Shown here piece after piece: positions 62,001-64,000 of a stretch of 64,000 nucleotides of DNA. Position 1 is the stretch's first letter; each line of letters begins with the position of its first letter. The stretch lies in the NCBI GenBank assembly GCA_048128005.1, contig JBEUKZ010000096.1:372001-436000 (forward strand), written 5' to 3'. This stretch comes from Veleropilina oligotropha (lineage: Eukaryota). Below the pieces are notes generated by a model, which was given only the letters and a program-made list of their open reading frames with translations, searched no databases and had not been told where the DNA came from. The position numbers and the translations under genes are program-made.

Positions 62001-62413
62001 CTCCCCTCTTACTAAGTTCCTTTGGGGTTCTGAACTTTGAATTGAGGTCTTGTGATCTCGAGCTCGGATATCTCGCGAGACTTGGCGAGATCTCGCCGGG
62101 GGAACTTAGAGAGGTGGAGCAGGGGAGGTAAACGTGGTGTGTTTTTGACTTAATAGTGCATAAATGTGACATTATTCACTGTTTCCGGTTGGCGATAATA
62201 TGACTATTATGGCAAGAGTAAGGACGTAAGTATGTTTTATACTAATATTAGGTTTACTTAAAAACCTCATTTTTGTTTTCAGAACATGTGAGCGAGCAAG
62301 TGATGTACATTTTATTCTGGGGCATCGCAAGTCTTGTGTCCTTGTCTGCCGTGTACTTCTACGGTGCAGAATTTGTTGACAAACCTCGACTGGCAAAGTT
62401 CAAAATGGAATAA
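14040..62413 (+). CDS. SACM1L: SAC1-like phosphatidylinositide phosphatase, complete, 18 coding exons, 1764 nt / 587 aa
   Basis: join(14040..14065,17775..17872,21057..21134,21989..22116,29811..29960,30467..30560,33259..33446,34156..34239,35092..35160,35909..35988,36329..36427,40712..40850,41644..41713,43922..43994,45619..45712,47650..47751,53466..53526,62283..62413). Phases are consistent throughout. Motifs: [54 protein letters not shown] (CX5R), two C-terminal hydrophobic segments and a KFKME di-lysine motif. Confidence 0.95.
14608..15360 (+). mobile_element. tRNA-derived SINE (CORE-like) interrupted by a MITE
   Basis: A/B-box-like head (gtggtacagtggt...gggttcaacccc), ccttgggcaagg core, (att)-rich tail. 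Related copies at about 6180-6480 (+) and 33510-33840 (-). Confidence 0.6.
14737..15173. mobile_element. Harbinger-like MITE with CTG target-site duplication
   Basis: ctg|gggcgcgttgctttcattaaac...gtttaacgaaagcaacgggccc|ctg. Confidence 0.7.
15905..16188. mobile_element. hAT-like MITE (second, interrupted copy at ~17955-18480)
   Basis: cagggctagaaata...tatttcgagccctg; interior cactggtccaatggaccac shared with the second copy. Confidence 0.6.
17775..17872 (+). CDS. SACM1L: SAC1 exon 2
   Basis: [32 protein letters not shown]. Confidence 0.92.
18620..19920. mobile_element. 1.3-kb non-autonomous TIR DNA transposon
   Basis: Perfect ~30-bp TIR atgggtgattttctcaatacgggcagaaat; repeated internal gtaacggagtgga motifs. 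Confidence 0.75.
21057..21134 (+). CDS. SACM1L: SAC1 exon 3
   Basis: [25 protein letters not shown]. Confidence 0.92.
21989..22116 (+). CDS. SACM1L: SAC1 exon 4
   Basis: [42 protein letters not shown]. Confidence 0.93.
25492..27979. mobile_element. Non-autonomous DNA transposon with an 8-bp TSD (P- or hAT-type)
   Basis: TIR CATACATGTGAT/ATCACATGTATG flanked by GTTTCAGT on both sides. Removing it restores the LINE endonuclease reading FCITETCLW. Confidence 0.85.
26081..27377 (+). mobile_element. HINE-like element nested in the 8-bp-TSD element
   Basis: tatcccccgcgg...ccgcgggggata subterminal IR, (GTCC)n, repeated ggttaaagtttt units, cttgtt end. Confidence 0.72.
28940..29770. mobile_element. 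Hairpin-headed non-coding element (Crypton-like non-autonomous)
   Basis: ~158-nt palindrome at 28940-29097, then tatttatcacatatc, whose reverse complement lies at 29756-29770. Confidence 0.5.
29811..29960 (+). CDS. SACM1L: SAC1 exon 5
   Basis: [50 protein letters not shown]. Confidence 0.92.
30467..30560 (+). CDS. SACM1L: SAC1 exon 6
   Basis: [31 protein letters not shown]; donor GTATCCATT. Confidence 0.92.
31460..33190 (+). repeat. 22-bp minisatellite, ~78 copies
   Basis: Unit acttgtggatgtttgttgcttt with variants gtttgtgtcttt and gtttattgcttt. Confidence 0.97.
33259..33446 (+). CDS. SACM1L: SAC1 exon 7
   Basis: (F)[62 protein letters not shown]. Confidence 0.93.
33510..33840 (-). mobile_element. 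SINE (CORE-like), minus strand
   Basis: The reverse complement has cttgggcaagg, gggtacctgg and an (att)n tail. Confidence 0.6.
34156..34239 (+). CDS. SACM1L: SAC1 exon 8
   Basis: [28 protein letters not shown]. Confidence 0.93.
34332..34592 (+). mobile_element. tRNA-derived SINE (V-domain-like); related copies at ~5735-5915, 21540-21700, 38440-38530 and minus-strand ~54040-54270
   Basis: gcgcagtgggtagag...gggttcaatacc head, ggtttcctccc, shared tail acatgtcctg..gaacct..ttgtaaatatacaggaca. Confidence 0.6.
35092..35160 (+). CDS. SACM1L: SAC1 exon 9
   Basis: [23 protein letters not shown]. Confidence 0.93.
35909..35988 (+). CDS. SACM1L: SAC1 exon 10
   Basis: [26 protein letters not shown](R). 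Confidence 0.9.
36329..36427 (+). CDS. SACM1L: SAC1 exon 11
   Basis: [32 protein letters not shown]. Confidence 0.93.
36575..40556 (+). mobile_element. Nested cluster: HINE-like element with a ~180-bp array (39385-40320), interrupted by further HINEs (~36843-38140) and a MITE (38764-39380)
   Basis: (GCGT)n head; aactcacctaac/gatgttaatcaatagcca units resume after the insertions; ctagtt end; MITE caggcccgtagc...gctacggccctg flanked by gtaat. Confidence 0.6.
40712..40850 (+). CDS. SACM1L: SAC1 exon 12 (catalytic CX5R motif)
   Basis: [46 protein letters not shown]. Confidence 0.95.
41644..41713 (+). CDS. SACM1L: SAC1 exon 13
   Basis: [23 protein letters not shown]; phases fit both neighbouring exons. 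Confidence 0.88.
42207..43911 (+). mobile_element. Two adjacent HINE-like elements with ~146-bp internal units
   Basis: ttatcccc starts at ~42211 and ~42986; units gaactggtgccttttgcta..cagagtta..cccttg; both end gcggg.gatat..gtcttcttgtt. Confidence 0.7.
43922..43994 (+). CDS. SACM1L: SAC1 exon 14
   Basis: (V)[23 protein letters not shown](R). Confidence 0.93.
45619..45712 (+). CDS. SACM1L: SAC1 exon 15
   Basis: [31 protein letters not shown]. Confidence 0.94.
45797..47363 (-). mobile_element. Tc1-family transposon with frameshifted DD34E transposase
   Basis: TA-flanked TIR cacagtaaaaaaagtgttgcaccccc. Minus-strand ORF pieces at 47096-46276 carry an HTH start, WSDESRF, DDNARPH and [10 protein letters not shown], with 34 residues between D and E. 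Confidence 0.92.
47650..47751 (+). CDS. SACM1L: SAC1 exon 16
   Basis: [34 protein letters not shown]. Confidence 0.93.
48064..50290 (+). mobile_element. HINE-like element(s) with degenerate ~150-190-bp internal units
   Basis: The head atgcccccgtgctac..gtagctgggggtat occurs twice (~48070, ~48635); repeated ccggagcatatctcc / ctaggttgagta / aaaatggcggatataag. Confidence 0.68.
50300..52915 (-). mobile_element. 5'-truncated L2/CR1-group LINE, same family as 22420-28710
   Basis: 536-aa RT ORF 51279-52889 ([21 protein letters not shown]); C-terminal piece 50844-51155; (AAT)n tail. Confidence 0.92.
53466..53526 (+). CDS. SACM1L: SAC1 exon 17 (first TM segment; GC donor)
   Basis: [20 protein letters not shown]; donor G|GCAAGT. 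Confidence 0.88.
55862..58108 (+). CDS. DIRS gag-like protein
   Basis: Long ORF upstream of and overlapping RT; N-terminal Cys/His cluster, LLRRDACL...LFG near the C-terminus, basic tail. Confidence 0.8.
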   Translation: MVRCTDSGCNQKIHWFDKHTECRIHRNCSKKYQCELCLALTDRQWAIIFPPVKPTRAAATVGPPPEKGQEEAGKLRDNVSSLSASGTLDDSRRKVPSVAGSTGETSATHGGVAETLPGPQIQVGARALSVTPPSGLVAAANHTLPASKVYLAAQRTAEQGRRSPSYSSASKNTGYVSPSAGNSPFNDGEQPNEKAFKETGQHYDGLRSGQLATPETSSETDATNPWVFPLNLEAHDVFRGPVLSRAPPVVTLDNVDRLAAFGQRFYGVPTVPLANRAVDQYGLWPQSYRSPGPLNAPSGHSFGYDRSTGDPRPWFSAPPVRAARLPSATVTSTELPAVSSTPVMPPGFSFENVQALIAAEFEARCKAWQPASQPRQFPTSLPVAQSTAPASVMEIDPRSDEDLNSTHSDLPESVGPEDVSLSGTQEPTSTTRRRLDAVASLRGVLGLPEPTRSDIGSVKHRTAAHRFVEKEAPLLPSLPQSGLVDLVVDSTTKLIQGRNPVESSPLTEFPSGFRSGRYVRARSRSIPFACTGPCLATEPAHVDAALRRLTASHTPSVAKVPWPALESFESAARRALRLSSVQDFFLDGAIAVLQEEGPGAREAALSFLQEVAAVMETSALETGRVLGNALLLRRDACLEGTSLDEATRRSLRCVPCSATTLFGDNFTEFVDKRAADMKDRAIEKAVLHPTRGPPADSRKRSGPTRTPKPSKRAKPSSGGRPPASKPTQRRQAPPTKSRKQSGRGKPRP
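58100..60168 (+). pseudogene. DIRS pol (RT, RNase H, adenine-methyltransferase-like domain), two frameshifts
   Basis: [41 protein letters not shown]. RNase [52 protein letters not shown]. Frame changes near 59015 and 59785. Confidence 0.88.
59775..61079 (+). CDS. DIRS tyrosine recombinase (probably catalytically impaired)
   Basis: GRRCSE, CPVRAL, HEGH at the HxxR position, AGYW, FVKHY. Confidence 0.88.
   Translation: MPSPVVHSDTRTTEGIERTLRDNANRAPVSHATLVSDPPRSDRRSTVSAPAATGPVNAGAQPCITPIAERLTFTRLAVIERSLAKKGFSRATALRIYRSRRLSTSKVYDYRWVKYVDWCHSRQVNILRPPVNKFIEFLSSLFERGMSVSAVKGYRATVATTLKQCRAHVGLSSDRTISDFIRSYELEIPTLTIRPPAWNIVLILNALLLPPYEPMSTASMRNLTHKTVFLIALVSGRRCSEVHSLSAELRDVRFQSDGSVMLRPILGFLAKNQRPNEDAPDIIIPKLTLVGRHDVDRLNCPVRALRFYLDRTRDMRQGKLRLFISYLPSYTRDITKTTVSQWISQVVRDVYSRCEEVDRTILSVRAHEGHAIAASISFRHSLNISALLQAGYWKNANVFVKHYLRDYSTGADGLSSLQCVAAQRCIIRQRSYNQ
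62283..62413 (+). CDS. SACM1L: SAC1 exon 18 (second TM segment, stop)
   Basis: (E)[45 protein letters not shown]. Confidence 0.93.
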
Positions 62414-62649
62414 GTAGTCTTCCAAGTCACACTGATCCTGACAAGAGAGCGAATGTTCTTCATGAACGAACAGAGTGTACATACCATAAATATGTATATA
62501 TTATCTGTGCAACAAGGAAACTGTTATTTTAATGCCAGTGCTCTTTCACAACGAATTTGTCATTGTAACGAATTTCGACTCTTTATTTCAGTCTGTTAAT
62601 ATTAGTTTCATTGTAACGTTCATAGTAAATTTATAATATATATAAATAA

Positions 62650-63244
62650 TTGTATCCCCGGACAACAAAGTCGGGGATAGTATGGTTTAGTCATCGTTCA
62701 GCTGCCGCAGAGATTTCTTGTGTGCGCTCTACAGTGACAAGTTCTATCCGGTTTGATTCAAATCCGGTATGCGCGTTAGTTATGATGAGGACACGCCACC
62801 TAATGATTTTCGTCATATTCAGATCAAAGATGGTTGCCGTGGCGACCATTTTGTTTGGAGAGATTCCTTGTCCGCGCTCTACAGTCAAAAGTTCTACTCC
62901 GATTGCATTAAAATTTGGTATCCAAGTTAGTTATGATGAGGACACGTCGCCTATCAAAGATGGCTGCCATGGCGGCCATTTTGTTTGGAGAGATTTCATG
63001 TGCGCGCTTTACAGTGAAATTTTAATCTGATTCGATTCAAATTTGGTATGCTTGTTAGTTATGATGAGGAAACACCATGATGTAACGATTTTTGTCGATT
63101 TCTGATTCAAATTGGCCGCCGTATTTTGAGGAATTTCTTGTGAAAAGCTAATATCCGATTTGATTCAAATTAGATATACACGTTTGGTAAGATGAGGACA
63201 CGGCGCTTATCCCCTCGACTTGCCGGGTCGAGGATTCGCTAGTT
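62650..63244 (+). mobile_element. HINE-like element; related pieces at ~18120-18390 and 44440-44870
   Basis: tatccccggac..gtcggggata head, repeated gatggccgcc.tgg / tatgatgaggacac units, palindrome and ctagtt end. Confidence 0.65.
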
Positions 63245-63809
63245 ATTTATTAGATGTGCATAAATAATATTACAGTCAATAGCTCGTGAGCTAGTGTTCT
63301 TTATTTATGTACCACGCCGACGTTAAATAAAACTTATTTGATTTGATTTGATTTGAAATGTACAGTAGTAAAACCGCCATGAAATTATGGCTTACATTTG
63401 ATTTACCATGATTATGTATGCGTAGGAAAACGAAATGTTGACACTCTTCATGTAATTATAAGATTCCAGTGTTTTTGATTGGTCAAACTGATGATGTACC
63501 AGTTCACTTACTTATAGGGTACTACGCAATGTTATGTGCTCGGTAGTTGCCTCCATGTTATTTATAATGGGGGGGGGGGGGGCAGCATGGCCGAGTGGAT
63601 ACGGTGCTGGTCTACTAAATGGGAGGTCATGGGTTCAAGCCCCGGGAGTGCCTGGGATTTTTCCTATGATCGCTGCCTCCATTGCACACAGCACCAATTT
63701 ATCTCATCATTCAAAGTTGATTGACCCGATTTATAACTGAAATACTGTAGGCGTGGTCGTTAAACATCAATTCCATTCAACACTATGTTATTTATCAAGA
63801 AACCCGAAA

Positions 63810-64000
63810 TGTATCCCCCGAAATGAAAGTAGCGGGGATACTATGGTTTAGCGCCGTTACGCCGCGTCCGCCGAGAGATTCCTCGTGATCACTCTAGGCA
63901 GGCCATTTCTTTACGGAATGTTTTCAAATTTGGTATGTGCATTGGTTGGGGCGAGAACACGACACCTATAGAATTTGGGTGTGGTCTGACCTCTAAGATG
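63810..64000 (+). repeat. Start of a HINE-like repeat, related to ~2555-2800
   Basis: Shared gggatactatggtttagc and gagagattcctcgtgatc.ctctag..aggc/tcatttctt. Confidence 0.6.

Larger units (their letters stand above)
54914..62270 (+). mobile_element. DIRS1-type tyrosine-recombinase retrotransposon, full length
   Basis: 205-bp inverted terminal repeats (54924-55128 / 62033-62237), internal complementary region 61881-61970, gag, RT-RNaseH-MT and YR ORFs, no TSD. Confidence 0.95.

Overview
This is AT-rich, intron- and transposon-rich eukaryotic DNA. The repeat types suggest a marine invertebrate, probably a lophotrochozoan such as a mollusc (inference). Two spliced + strand genes can be rebuilt by hand. 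One is the 3' end of COG4 (5 coding exons, 1-5347). The other is a complete SAC1/SACM1L phosphoinositide phosphatase (18 coding exons, 14040-62413, 587 aa, with the CMDCLDRT catalytic motif and a C-terminal KxKxx motif). SAC1 has a probable U12-type intron and a GC-AG last intron. The introns and the intergenic region hold a full-length but disabled DIRS1-type tyrosine-recombinase retrotransposon, two L2/CR1-group LINEs, an RTE relic, a Tc1 element, many Helentron-associated (HINE-like) elements with internal tandem arrays, MITEs, SINEs and a 22-bp minisatellite. The most notable observation is that the DIRS element sits inside the 3' splice site of the last SAC1 intron, between the apparent original branch point and the AG. 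I found no convincing evidence of a wholly new multi-gene system. Most short ORFs in the track are spurious.
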